Assembly: GCA_965198115.1 (NCBI GenBank)
Contig: OZ240241.1
Span: 1,856,001-1,920,000, forward strand
Origin: Candidatus Latescibacterota bacterium
GTDB lineage: Bacteria; Latescibacterota; UBA2968
DNA: 64,000 nt
Direction of reading: 5' to 3'
The translations under genes were made by a program, and so were the position numbers. The notes beneath the pieces are model-generated. The model saw only the letters and a program-made list of their open reading frames with translations, made no database searches and was not told the DNA's origin. Positions within the stretch are counted from its first letter, which is position 1; every line of letters starts with the position of its first letter. Positions 19,991-30,266 of this stretch are shown here, one piece after another.

Positions 19991-21441
19991 CTACACGAAC
20001 TTTATCTTCCTAAGCGCAAAGACCGTCATCTTCAGGAGCAGCCACCCGTGCTGAATCCGCCGGATCTGCGTATCTCCGTAGGTCCTGGCCTTGTATCGGA
20101 TTGGGACCTCTATAATCTTCATCCTCAGTTTGGCCGCCCCAAACAGCAGATCGAAATCCCCGAATGGATCGAAATCTCCGAAGTAGCTCCGTCCTTTTGC
20201 GATCCGCTCGTAGTCTCGCTTGAGGAGTACTTTTGTCCCGCACAGGGTGTCTCGAATCCGCTGTTCGAGGATGTAAGTGAAGGCGATGCTGAAGAACTTG
20301 TTGCCAATCAAATTCAAGAACCGCATCGCGTGTCGTTCCATGGAATAAACAAGCCGGCTGCCGTTGATCAACTCACCCTTCCCCCTAACGAGCGCGTCGA
20401 AGAACTTCACCAGGTCTTCAGGCGGTACCGTCAGGTCTGCGTCAAGAATCATCAACACGTCGCCCGTCGCACGCGCGAACCCTCTCCGTACAGCGTCCCC
20501 CTTCCCACGGCCGTTCCCTTGGAGAACCAACTTGATATCCCGCTCGGGATGATCCTCGATGCATCTTCTGATTTCCTCTGCTGTCCCATCTTCCGACCCA
20601 CCCTCGACGAAGATCAACTCGGTGTGTGATCCCATCCTCGGCACACGATGGACGGCCTGGTCGATGTTTCCCCTCTCGTTCCGACAAGGGATGACCACCG
20701 AACACGTTACGTCAGGGTCGATCTCACTGGAGGCGGGCTTGGCAACCAACACCTGCGTTAGGCACAGCTTCCTCAGAAAGGGGAATCGTGCCAGGTAGGT
20801 GTTTGCGACGTGAGAAACAAGCGGGATCCACTTGGGAAGGAGGAATCGATAGCCTGTCGTCACCACCTCGAATCCAGCAAGATCGAGGAGGTTTTCTATG
20901 TCCCCCATAGGCAGCCAGTTCTGAACCGGGCACGGCATCTTGAGCCCGAGCTGATCGCCCAACCGTAGTACCGGCTCCCAGAGGTAGTTGTAATAGGTGA
21001 TCAGGATGCGTGAGTGGGAGCTTGTGATGTGGTGAAGCTGTTCAAAGGCCTTCTCGATGTCATAGAGATACCCGATGAGGTCCGAGAGAATGACATAGTC
21101 GAATGCTTCGTCAAGATGAAGATCCTCGATATCGCCGACGCTGAAATCGAGTGAAGGGTACTTGACCCGCGCGATTTCAATCATGTTCGTACTCAGGTCT
21201 ATCCCCAGACCCCTCGATGGTTCTACGCCTGCGAGAAGGTCGCCTGTCCCGCAGCCAATCTCCAGAACGCTGGAACCCTTGGGAATCACCGATCGACAGT
21301 AGGATGTGAGGCCGGAGTAGTAGTAGCGGTTCTTGCGATCCACGTGTCTCGATCCGCCGCCAACGCGTCGAAAAGCTGCGAGACGCTCTCCGAGCCCAGC
21401 GTATCTCCCCGCCGGCGCGCATAGGAGACCCAGGTGCTCAC
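19991..21441 (-). pseudogene. Methyltransferase-GT2 glycosyltransferase fusion with probable N-terminal frameshift near 21336
   Basis: VLEIGCGTGDLL; VVIPCRNE, GKGDAVRRGF, ILDADL, DTLCGTK. The reading from GTG 21441 (FDALAADRDTWI) joins KNRYYY only if one base is added. Confidence 0.7.
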
Positions 21442-22376
21442 GGTCGCTGCGCCTCGAACCAGCGGATCGTCTCACCGAGTCCCTGCCTCAGCGCCGTTTC
21501 CGCAACGAACCCGAAGAGGTCCCTTGCCCTGGACGTATCCAGGCATCGTCTGGGTTGCCCATTTGGCCTGGTCCTGTCCCAAACGACTTCGCCGTCGAAC
21601 CCGGTCAGCTCGGCGATGAGGGTTACAAGGTCACGGACAGATATCTCCTTGCCCGTACCAAGATTCACAGGCTCGCCTCCGTCGTAGTGCTCGGCTGCAC
21701 GTACGATGCCTTCGGCCGCGTCCGGGGCGTACAGAAACTCTCTTGTGGGTGAACCGTCGCCCCAACAGGTGATGCTGTCTCTTCCCTCATTCCTGGCCTC
21801 GAGACATTTGTGGATGAGCGCCGGTATGACGTGTCCAGTCTGCAGATCGAAGTTGTCGCGAGGGCCGTACAGATTCACGGGAAGCAGATAGACACCGTTG
21901 AGGCCATACTCCTGACGATAAGCCTGGAGCTGCGTCAGAATCATCTTCTTCGCCAGACCGTACGGAGCGTTCGTCTCCTCTGGATAGCCCTCCCACAGGT
22001 GCACCTCCTTGAACGGGACGGGTGTCATCTTGGGGTATGAGCAGATGGTGCCGACGACGACGATCTTCTCCACGCCGAACAGCCGTGCCGCTTCCACGAG
22101 TTCGAGCCCCATGACAGCATTTTCATAGAAGAACAATCCCGGATGCTCTCTGTTGGCTCCGATGCCTCCGACAACACCGGCCAGATGGAAGACAACCTGA
22201 GGTTTGACCGAATCGAACAGGCTTCGGACGCACGCACGTTCTCGAAGGTCGCACTCGGCGCGTGTGGGCAGGATGAGCTCCCCCGCTTGCCCGGACTCGA
22301 GTCTTTCGACGACGTGACTGCCCAGGAAGCCGTGGGCTCCCGTCACCAGAACTCGTTTTTCTTTTAGCCTAAGCAA
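21438..22376 (-). CDS. fcl: GDP-L-fucose synthase
   Basis: [60 protein letters not shown]. Confidence 0.93.
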   Translation of the reverse strand: MLRLKEKRVLVTGAHGFLGSHVVERLESGQAGELILPTRAECDLRERACVRSLFDSVKPQVVFHLAGVVGGIGANREHPGLFFYENAVMGLELVEAARLFGVEKIVVVGTICSYPKMTPVPFKEVHLWEGYPEETNAPYGLAKKMILTQLQAYRQEYGLNGVYLLPVNLYGPRDNFDLQTGHVIPALIHKCLEARNEGRDSITCWGDGSPTREFLYAPDAAEGIVRAAEHYDGGEPVNLGTGKEISVRDLVTLIAELTGFDGEVVWDRTRPNGQPRRCLDTSRARDLFGFVAETALRQGLGETIRWFEAQRP

Positions 22377-22419
22377 CCACGTGTTTCCTGGTCTGCCATT
22401 AGCAGTGGCGGATACTGAC

Positions 22420-22790
22420 CTATCGGGGGTCAGACTGCAGCCGTTTTACCCAAGCCAGCCCCCCAACCACAACATGAAACGCGAAATACATCGACAACGC
22501 ATAGACAAACGGCAGAGCAGGCATTGAATAACGACCGCCCTGCGGGGCGCTGAATGCCGAGGGGATAATGTAGGCATTGGCGATCCAGAGCCCCAGGCAA
22601 AGGAACGATCCCGGATCGACTCGTTTATCCTGGCCAATGGAGTGAACGACACACAGAATGAATCCAGGCACGAACAGCCAGAGACAAGCGTTGAAAAGTC
22701 TACCGGGTATGGAAATGAGCAGGATTTTTTGGACTGCCCTGACGTAGAGCCCCGCGTTCATCAGGCTGGACGTACTCACGCGGAAGAAAT
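22420..22790 (-). pseudogene. C-terminal fragment of a polytopic membrane protein (GT-C-like), cut by IS256
   Basis: TM helices ending GRYSMPALPF; the frame runs into the IS256 left IR at 22791. Confidence 0.5.
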
Positions 22791-24178
22791 GGTGAGGTCC
22801 CTATCCTAGTTGAAACTTAAAGGGCTCCAAACTTACGTTGTGGGTAGACGTGTGAGAGCGTGTACCCGTAAGAAAGGAGCCCACGATGGAGAAGCTATTT
22901 GCAGGGGATGGCGAAGTCAAGGTTGGGTCAGACGTTATGGATTTGGAGACGCGTTTATCGGTGATCCGGGCGCTGATTCCGCTGGGTCTGGAGGCCGTTG
23001 CCGACGTGCTCCAGCAGGAGGTGGAGCAGCTCGCAGGCGTTCGGTATGCGCGTAAGGGTTCAGAGCAGTCGCATCGTCGATGGGGAAGCCAGAAAGGGTC
23101 CGTGTATCTGATGGACCAGAAGCTGCCGGTGGCCGTTCCCCGTGTGCGCGACGTCGAGTCCGATACGGAGGTTTCTCTGGCCGCATACCGGGGGATGCAG
23201 AGGCCCAGAGCGATGGATGAGAAGCTGCTGCTTCGTGTGCTCAAGGGAATCTCCTGTCGCAACTACAGAGCCTGTGCAGAGTCGGTACCCGAAGCGTTCG
23301 GAATCTCGGCATCCTCCGTCTCGCGACGGTTCATCAAAGCCACCGCAAAGAAGCTGAAGCAGTTCCAGGAACGACCGCTCGACGACTACGACTTGGTCGC
23401 CCTGTTCATCGACGGAAAGAGCTTTGCCGACGAAGAGATCGTGATCGCTCCGGGCGTCACGACGGACGGCCAGAAGATCCCCCTGGGCTTCGTCGAATCG
23501 GCGACGGAGAACGAACGGATCTGCCGTCAGCTGATCCAGGATCTCATCCGGAGAGGCCTGTGCTACGACCAGGGCCTTCTCGTTGTGCTGGACGGCTCAA
23601 AGGGACTCCGCAGTGCCGTCACCAAAGCCCTCAAAGGGGATGTGTGCGTGCATCGCTGTCAGTGGCACAAGCGCGAGAACGTCGTCAGCTACCTCCCGGA
23701 GGCAGAACGTCCAAGAGTTCGACGGAAACTTCAGAAAGCCTATGACTGCGACACCTACGAGGAGGCAAAGGCCGCACTCGAATCACTCAAACCCGAACTC
23801 AAGCTGATGAATCAGTCTGCCGTGGCAAGCCTCGAGGAAGGACTGGAGGAAACCCTGACCCTCCACCGGCTGGGGATGCTCCCGTTCTTGAAGCGAAGCT
23901 TCCGAACCACCAATTGCATCGAGGCGCTCAACAGCATGACCGGCAACCTGATACGGAAGGTCAACCGCTGGAACAACTCTCCTCAGCGACACAGATGGGT
24001 CGCGGCCGCACTCCTCGACATCGAACCACGCCTGCGACGCGTGAGCGGATACAAACACCTCCCGCTGCTCAGGCAAGCACTGAAAAACAACCTGAATCTC
24101 GGCGACAATCAAGATGCTCGGCAGAGAGCATGAATACCACGGAGCCCGATGAGTTTCAACTGACTATGGGACTTGACC
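22791..24178 (+). mobile_element. IS256-family insertion sequence
   Basis: Imperfect 27-bp IRs GGTGAGGTCCCTATCCTAGTTGAAACT (22791-22817) and reverse complement GGTCAAGTCCCATAGTCAGTTGAAACT (24152-24178); no flanking direct repeat. Confidence 0.9.
22886..24133 (+). CDS. IS256-family (mutator-type) DDE transposase
   Basis: VPRVRD, FIDGK, VLDGSKGL, RCQWHK, RTTNCIEALN; AAGGAG RBS. Confidence 0.93.
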   Translation: MEKLFAGDGEVKVGSDVMDLETRLSVIRALIPLGLEAVADVLQQEVEQLAGVRYARKGSEQSHRRWGSQKGSVYLMDQKLPVAVPRVRDVESDTEVSLAAYRGMQRPRAMDEKLLLRVLKGISCRNYRACAESVPEAFGISASSVSRRFIKATAKKLKQFQERPLDDYDLVALFIDGKSFADEEIVIAPGVTTDGQKIPLGFVESATENERICRQLIQDLIRRGLCYDQGLLVVLDGSKGLRSAVTKALKGDVCVHRCQWHKRENVVSYLPEAERPRVRRKLQKAYDCDTYEEAKAALESLKPELKLMNQSAVASLEEGLEETLTLHRLGMLPFLKRSFRTTNCIEALNSMTGNLIRKVNRWNNSPQRHRWVAAALLDIEPRLRRVSGYKHLPLLRQALKNNLNLGDNQDARQRA

Positions 24179-24330
24179 TTACGATCAGCATCGGTGTGGG
24201 AACGTTGACGGAAGAGATGGAGTCCGAGGAGAAGCTGCTCGACGCTGCCGACAGGGCCGTGTATCTCGCGAAGCAGAAGAAAGACATGGTTTGGCCCCAC
24301 ATCAACGCTCAAGAGCAGCCAGCCGCTTAG
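24179..24330 (+). pseudogene. C-terminal remnant of a GGDEF (diguanylate cyclase) domain
   Basis: LTISIGVG...LLDAADRAVYLAKQK is the typical GGDEF C-terminus; it begins at the IS256 right IR. Confidence 0.8.
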
Positions 24331-24337
24331 CTACCGC

Positions 24338-24366
24338 TTGACAGTCATGTTGACCTTGTGTAGCTT
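24338..24366 (+). promoter_or_regulatory. Sigma70-type promoter of tRNA-Gly
   Basis: TTGACA-N17-TAGCTT with TG just upstream of the -10. Confidence 0.7.
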
Positions 24367-24391
24367 CAAAAATCGTGACAGCTGACAAGAA

Positions 24392-24467
<76 letters not shown>

Positions 24468-24479
24468 AAATATTCGAGC

Positions 24480-24518
24480 AAAAGTCCGTTAAACTTCCCC
24501 CCGTTTAACGGACTTTGC
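24480..24518 (+). terminator. Hairpin terminator after tRNA-Gly
   Basis: AAAGTCCGTTAAAC-loop-GTTTAACGGACTTT. Confidence 0.7.
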
Positions 24519-24582
24519 TGTATGCGGCTGACGCCCACGACGCGACATTCGTCGATGACTTTTCGGACACCAAGAGGGTGAT

Positions 24583-25722
24583 GTGACGCAAGATCTGAAG
24601 AACCGATTGGCCAGCCTCGCCTTCCCCCACATTCGTCTCCTCGCACCCGGTCCTCACGGTCTGACTCCCGCGGTGACCAAGGTGCTCCAAAACTACACCG
24701 CACGCTTTACTCACCGGGCTGATGACTTTAAGACGTGCTACGCTCGAACAGTCGATCTGCTCAACGAACTGTTTAACATACCCGACGCATTCACACCCCT
24801 CGTGTTCGGTCACACGGGCAGCTACAACTGGGAGATGGTCGCCGCCAACACACCCGATCGATTTCGAACGCTCGGTATCGACATCGGATCTTTCTCGAAG
24901 CGATGGGCTCAGGTCTTCAACGACCGAGGACGACACGCCGATGTCATCTCGGCAGATTGGGGTGAGGGCATCACACCGAACGGAATACGGGAGGCGATGT
25001 CCGCGGGCTACGACCTGGTCCTCCTCATTCAGAACGAGACGTCGACGGGCGTTGCATTAGATGTCGGAGCGCTCTCGGAGACCATTCGATCGGTCAATCC
25101 CGAAGCCTACATCGGCATCGACGCCGTCAGCATCGCCGGAGCTGTGGAGGTCGATATCGGCCGTCTGCAACCAGACTACTACCTGTGGAGCTTGCAAAAG
25201 GACTTTTCCATACCCACGATCGGTTCGGTGATGATCGTTTCCGATCGCGCGGCGGAATTGGCAGAAACCGTTCCCGACCGGGGCTATGTATTGGACGTTG
25301 TCGAATGGTTGAGCCGTGCCGCGAACGCGCAGACTCCCATGACCGTCGCGGATCTGACCCTGCAATGCATCACCGCCAGGCTCGAGGAGATGAAGGCGGA
25401 GGGAAGTGCCCGTTTCGATCGACACGCTGCGATCGCGGCCAAGCACAAAGCGTGGGCAACGGAACGTGGACAGTCGCTCCTCGCCAGGAAGGGGTTCGAG
25501 TCACCGACCGTGAGCGCCATTTCCCTGCCCGACGGCATCACAGGGCCGGAGCTCACCGCCCGGACTCGCGAATGGTTGAACGCCCAGATCGCACCCGGCT
25601 ACGGCACGACGGCAGATGGTTACATCCGAATCGCCGCGATGGGCACGACGACCGTCGAGGACACCGATCGGCTGCTGGAGGGTCTGGGGCTGCTGATCGA
25701 TCACTGGGATGAGCTTACATGA
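24583..25722 (+). CDS. Class V PLP aminotransferase (serine/alanine-glyoxylate type)
   Basis: LLAPGP, QNETSTGV, IDAVS, SLQK (PLP lysine), QTP, YIRIAAMG. Confidence 0.87.
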   Translation: MTQDLKNRLASLAFPHIRLLAPGPHGLTPAVTKVLQNYTARFTHRADDFKTCYARTVDLLNELFNIPDAFTPLVFGHTGSYNWEMVAANTPDRFRTLGIDIGSFSKRWAQVFNDRGRHADVISADWGEGITPNGIREAMSAGYDLVLLIQNETSTGVALDVGALSETIRSVNPEAYIGIDAVSIAGAVEVDIGRLQPDYYLWSLQKDFSIPTIGSVMIVSDRAAELAETVPDRGYVLDVVEWLSRAANAQTPMTVADLTLQCITARLEEMKAEGSARFDRHAAIAAKHKAWATERGQSLLARKGFESPTVSAISLPDGITGPELTARTREWLNAQIAPGYGTTADGYIRIAAMGTTTVEDTDRLLEGLGLLIDHWDELT

Positions 25723-25872
25723 AGCGGTGTTCAGTGTTCGGTGTTCCACAGCCTGCTGGAGGGGCTTCGAGGCTTCTTCGCACCCAATTCCCATTCGGGC
25801 CTGGATCTTCCTCCGAATTTTCGACCCTCGGTGTCCTCAGTGTTCTCCGTGGCTGTCCTTGGTTTTCACGAC

Positions 25873-26703
25873 ATGAATAGACCAACGAGCATGATTTGCC
25901 CGAGCTGCGGGAACCTCATCAGCACGGAGGAGACGGAGTGCCCGATGTGCGGGGCACGTCATCCCAACCTCTTCGGCATCGGGCCTTATCTCAACCGGCT
26001 GTTTGGCCAGCAGATCGACATCCTCACTCTGATCCCGACCGCCTGTATCGCGCTTTTCGTTCTCAGTCTGGTCCTCGATCTGAATGCAGCCTTGAGCGGG
26101 GGCGGGGGGATCTTCGGGATGCTGAGTCCCGGCGCCCGCCCGCTCTATCTCCTTGGTATGACGGGTGGATTGGCTCGCGGGGACTGGTGGACGGTGCTCA
26201 CGGCAACCTACCTACACGGCAGCTTACTCCACATCGTTTTCAACGTGATGTGGATTCGGCAGCTCGGCCCCGAGGTCGGTGGTATCTACGGTCCCGCCCG
26301 GTTCTTCATCATATTCACGGCTGGGGGTGCCATCGGATTCATCCTCTCCAACACGCTTTCCGGCGCACCGACGATCGGTGCATCGGGCGCCATCTTCGGG
26401 CTACTCGCGGCCCTCATCGTTTACGGACGCACGCAAGGCGGAAGTATGGCGTTAATGACCCGCCAGGTCTGGCAGTGGGCCATTTTCCTGTTCATCTTCG
26501 GGTTCATGATGAGCGGCGTGAACAACTTTGCTCACCTGGGTGGATTCATCGGTGGGTGGATGGCGGCCAGGCTCCTGGTCAACGGGGCCGGGCGTCGAGA
26601 TAGCCGCAAGGTGACCATCCTCGCCATCGTCCTGCTCGTCTTAACCGGGGCTGGTTATGCGCTTTCGATCGTCAACAACGTGAGCGTGCTCTACCTCCGT
26701 TGA
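25873..26703 (+). CDS. Rhomboid intramembrane serine protease with N-terminal zinc ribbon
   Basis: CPSCG...CPMCG; HGSLLHIVFN, GASGAIFG, AHLGG. Likely ATG at 25873. Confidence 0.9.
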   Translation: MNRPTSMICPSCGNLISTEETECPMCGARHPNLFGIGPYLNRLFGQQIDILTLIPTACIALFVLSLVLDLNAALSGGGGIFGMLSPGARPLYLLGMTGGLARGDWWTVLTATYLHGSLLHIVFNVMWIRQLGPEVGGIYGPARFFIIFTAGGAIGFILSNTLSGAPTIGASGAIFGLLAALIVYGRTQGGSMALMTRQVWQWAIFLFIFGFMMSGVNNFAHLGGFIGGWMAARLLVNGAGRRDSRKVTILAIVLLVLTGAGYALSIVNNVSVLYLR

Positions 26704-26708
26704 CCACA

Positions 26709-27719
26709 TCAGATCCTGCGAATTCCATCGCTCCAACTCAGACTATCCGCGTCCCCCGTCACCCAATCCAGTTTCAATGCGACGTGATCGATCGTCACGC
26801 GATTGTTCGTGAACGTGACGTGGACCGTATCGTCAGGTCCTTGGATCACCGCCGGATAGTGAAAACGACCTTCCCCCGTCACGAGATCTTTTCGGATCGG
26901 CCACGTCGCCCCTTCGTCCTCGCTCAGCGCAACGGTGAGGGGATTCCGCTCCTCCGGATTGCTGTTCCACACGACAAGAATGCGACCATCTTCGAGTTGC
27001 ACTGCATCCAGCGCGGCGAAGGGTGACGTCAGGTCCGTCAACACCGCAGTCGACCACGTTTCTCCCCCATCGCTCGACTCGCTCTGGAGGACGTAGCCCT
27101 GACGTCCAGAGGGTCGAAGCAGAGCCAGAATCGTTCCATCCGATCTTTCGAGCAACGTCGGATGCTGGTTGCGCTCCCCTTCGATCTTCGTGATCTCCTT
27201 CCACGTCCCGCCATCGTCCCGGCTCCTCCAGATGCGGGAATGACCGTCCTTGTACTCGGTTCCAAAGAGGAAGTCCCCGTTCGATAGCTGTAGTGGTTTG
27301 CATCGCGGGACGTGCCCCCGCTCCGTGTCGAGCATCTCCACGTCGGTCCACGTACATCCACCATCCGAGGACCGCTTTCTACGCAGGTCGCACGTCACCC
27401 ATCGAACACCGGGACCGGGCTTCCCATCCAGCTTGCCGTGCATTGTCCCGTAGATCAACTGGATCTCGCCCGACGACGTTTCCACGAGTATTCCGTTCCC
27501 TTCGGGCTTTCCATCCGTATCGGCCACGATCTCGAGTGGCGCGAAACCGTCTTCGGTCTTTCTCGTCAGCACCCAGGCGGCATCCGGTCTCGCCTCACCC
27601 GATCCCGCATAATAGCCGACGAGGAGCTCGCCTGTAGACGTCTCCATCAGAACCGAACAATGACACGATGGAAACCGGTCGGTTGGTTCGGCGACTGCTT
27701 CCCAGGTTAGGATGGACAT
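26709..27719 (-). CDS. BNR/Asp-box sialidase-family beta-propeller protein (no signal peptide)
   Basis: Asp boxes SSDGGCTW, SRDDGGTW, SSDGGETW, SEDEGATW; HYPAVIQ. Confidence 0.85.
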   Translation of the reverse strand: MSILTWEAVAEPTDRFPSCHCSVLMETSTGELLVGYYAGSGEARPDAAWVLTRKTEDGFAPLEIVADTDGKPEGNGILVETSSGEIQLIYGTMHGKLDGKPGPGVRWVTCDLRRKRSSDGGCTWTDVEMLDTERGHVPRCKPLQLSNGDFLFGTEYKDGHSRIWRSRDDGGTWKEITKIEGERNQHPTLLERSDGTILALLRPSGRQGYVLQSESSDGGETWSTAVLTDLTSPFAALDAVQLEDGRILVVWNSNPEERNPLTVALSEDEGATWPIRKDLVTGEGRFHYPAVIQGPDDTVHVTFTNNRVTIDHVALKLDWVTGDADSLSWSDGIRRI

Positions 27720-27769
27720 GCGTTTGTCCTCACGCTGAACATCGTCTCAGTCCAAACACATCAGCCAAT

Positions 27770-27858
27770 GTCATCCCGGCAGGTTTCTGGCCGGGATCCA
27801 TTATCCCGTCCTTGCAGCTGGGATAAATGGGCCCCCCTTCGACAAGCTCAGGACAGGC
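27770..27858. repeat. REP-like composite palindromic element
   Basis: GTCATCCCGGC-N9-GCCGGGAT hairpin, CCATTATCCC...GGGATAAATGG hairpin, and CCCTTCGACAAGCTCAGGACAGG motif. Confidence 0.65.
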
Positions 27859-27972
27859 GGCAAAGAAGCGTACCGGGGTGGCATGGTCTATCGCAATTGC
27901 AGAAGATCCGATCGCAGTCCAAGACTGCTCCCACCCCAATCGTTTGGCACGCCTGCTCACCTCTTCGGGGTT

Positions 27973-29007
27973 TCAACCTTTCTGTGGTTTCAAAACGACT
28001 TTCACCACCTCTTCCGCTTTCTGGTCCATCAGATGGAACCCGTGAGGCGCTTCTTCCAGACTCAGGCGATGCGTGATCAGCGGATTGAGGTCGAGTTGGC
28101 CTGATGACATCAACTCAAACACAGGTTCATAGCCTTCGGGCATGCCCTGCGAGCCGATGATCGCCTTCTCAGAGAACTTGAAATCGATGATGGGGATCGT
28201 GGCGCGATTGTCCTTGAACTAACCGACGACCGTTACGAGTCCACCTGGCTTGACTGCTTCCACGGCTTGGGGTAAAGTCTCGTCCTGATCGGCACCGACA
28301 CATTCGATCACCTTGTCCACACCTTGCCCGTCCGTCAGGTCCTGGATCGGCCCCGACACGTCCTCTTTGTGAGAGTTCAGTGCGAGGTCGGCCCCCAGTT
28401 CCCTCGCACGACGACATCGGTAGTCCACGATGTCCGTCGAGATTACCCGCGCGCCAAGAAGTTTCGACAACAGCATCGCCGACAGCCCGATTGGGCCACA
28501 TCCTTGAATCAGGACCGTTTCACCGGCTTCGATCTTGGCGCGTCCGGAGACGGCGTGGTTCGCGATGCCTGCGGGCTGTGCGACAGCAGCTTCGTCGAAA
28601 GTCAGACCCTCCGGTATCTGTGCGAGGCGGCCGGCAACAACGGTCATCCGCTCGGCATAAGCCCCGTGGGCGGTGAATCCAGGGCTCCCGGGGTTTAGGC
28701 AATCGACAGGACGACCAGCGCGACACGGATCGCACGACCCACACGCCTTGCGACCGGTTCCAGCCACGCGATCGCCCACCTTCACTGAAGTCACGCCCTC
28801 GCCGATCGCCTCGACGACACTGGCAACTTCGTGCCCCATCACACGAGGAAACGTCATCTTCGGATGCCAGCCGTGCAGACCTTCCAGGTCCGATCCACAG
28901 ACGGAGCAGGATTCGATGCGCAGCCTCACTTCGCCAGCTCGCGGCTCCTCGTCGGGCAGCTCCACAAGCTCGATCTGTTCTGGCTCTCTGACCATCACGG
29001 CTCTCAC
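27973..29007 (-). pseudogene. Zn-dependent medium-chain alcohol dehydrogenase with in-frame TAG at 28219-28221
   Basis: VCGSD, GHE, CGSCDPC, GCGPIG. The same frame continues after TAG through LITHRLSLEEAPHGF...VKVVL to TGA 27973. Confidence 0.85.
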
Positions 29008-29026
29008 GTCACGGGGCTCCCTTCCA

Positions 29027-30220
29027 CTACTGAACGACCGCGAAGAAGCATTTCAAATACCGCCCTTCCGGAAAGTTCACGGGAGACGGATGATCAATGG
29101 CCTGCGTGTGCGATCTCAGGACCTGAACGGTCCTGTTCGCCGCCGTCGCTGCGTGCTTGACGATCGTGAAGAAGGCCTCGTAGTCGATCTGTGTCGAACA
29201 AGAGGCCGTGACGAGAATTCCCCCGGGCCTAAGAATCTGGATCGCCCGCCGATTCAGACTGATGTAAGCGCGTGTCGCCTGCGTCAATGCTGCTTGCGTT
29301 TTGACGAACGCCGGCGGATCAACGATCACCAGATCGTACGTCACGCCATCGGAGCGACACGCCTTCAGATAATCGAACACGTTGTCCGCCACACACGGAT
29401 GATCGTCTTGTGAGAGTCGATTCAACTCCAGATTTTGACGAGCAAGATCGATCGCTGTTTCCGAAATGTCGACGCTCGTCACGCGCAATGCCTTTCCGCG
29501 TCCGGCGTAGACACTGAATCCCCCACTGTAGCTGAAACAGTTCAACACTTCCCGATCGCGCGCGAACGACTGCGCGCCCAGACGGTTCTCTCTCTGATCC
29601 AGAAAAAATCCGGTTTTCTGTCCCCGCCGAACATCGACCAGGAATCGGCACCGGTTTTCGGAGATCTCGATCAGCTCCGGCGGATCCTCACCGGCGACAA
29701 GACCTGTCGGAAAAGTCTCCAGACCATCGGCCCGTCGGGTTCCGACATCGCTGCGTTCGAAGACCCCCGTTGGCGAAAGGGTTTCCTCCAGCGCCTCGAT
29801 GATCTCGCGCCTGACTCGCTCAATGCCCAGCGTATGGAACTGAACGACCAGGAAGTCGGCATACCGATCGACGATCAGCCCCGGAAGACCATCGCTCTCC
29901 CCGTGGACGAGACGATAGGCGTTCGTCGTCTTCCCATCGATCCATGTCTTCCGTAGCGTCGTCGCTGTCTCGATCCGGTTTCGAATGAACCGCTCATCGA
30001 TCGCCGTGTCTTCATCGCGCGTCAGGACCCGTACCGGGATCGATGACGCGGCATTGTAGTAACCCCTTCCGACGAACACGCCCTCAGAATCGCACACGTC
30101 GACGATCGACCCGGGCTTGACTTCAGCGTGATGCGCGACCGCCCCGCTGAACACCCACGGATGTCCTTCCGAGACCTTCCGTTCACGCCCCTTTCGAAGA
30201 TGTATTCGCGGATACGTCAT
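29027..30220 (-). CDS. rlmI: 23S rRNA m5C1962 methyltransferase RlmI family
   Basis: PUA-like GHPWVF, HGESDGLPGLIVDRY, GQKTGFFLDQRENR, NCFSYSGGF, DPPAF, YLK. Confidence 0.9.
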   Translation of the reverse strand: MTYPRIHLRKGRERKVSEGHPWVFSGAVAHHAEVKPGSIVDVCDSEGVFVGRGYYNAASSIPVRVLTRDEDTAIDERFIRNRIETATTLRKTWIDGKTTNAYRLVHGESDGLPGLIVDRYADFLVVQFHTLGIERVRREIIEALEETLSPTGVFERSDVGTRRADGLETFPTGLVAGEDPPELIEISENRCRFLVDVRRGQKTGFFLDQRENRLGAQSFARDREVLNCFSYSGGFSVYAGRGKALRVTSVDISETAIDLARQNLELNRLSQDDHPCVADNVFDYLKACRSDGVTYDLVIVDPPAFVKTQAALTQATRAYISLNRRAIQILRPGGILVTASCSTQIDYEAFFTIVKHAATAANRTVQVLRSHTQAIDHPSPVNFPEGRYLKCFFAVVQ

Positions 30221-30266
30221 CGCCCACTTTGGTCAATAGTCACCTGTCACTGGTCAATGAACGCAT

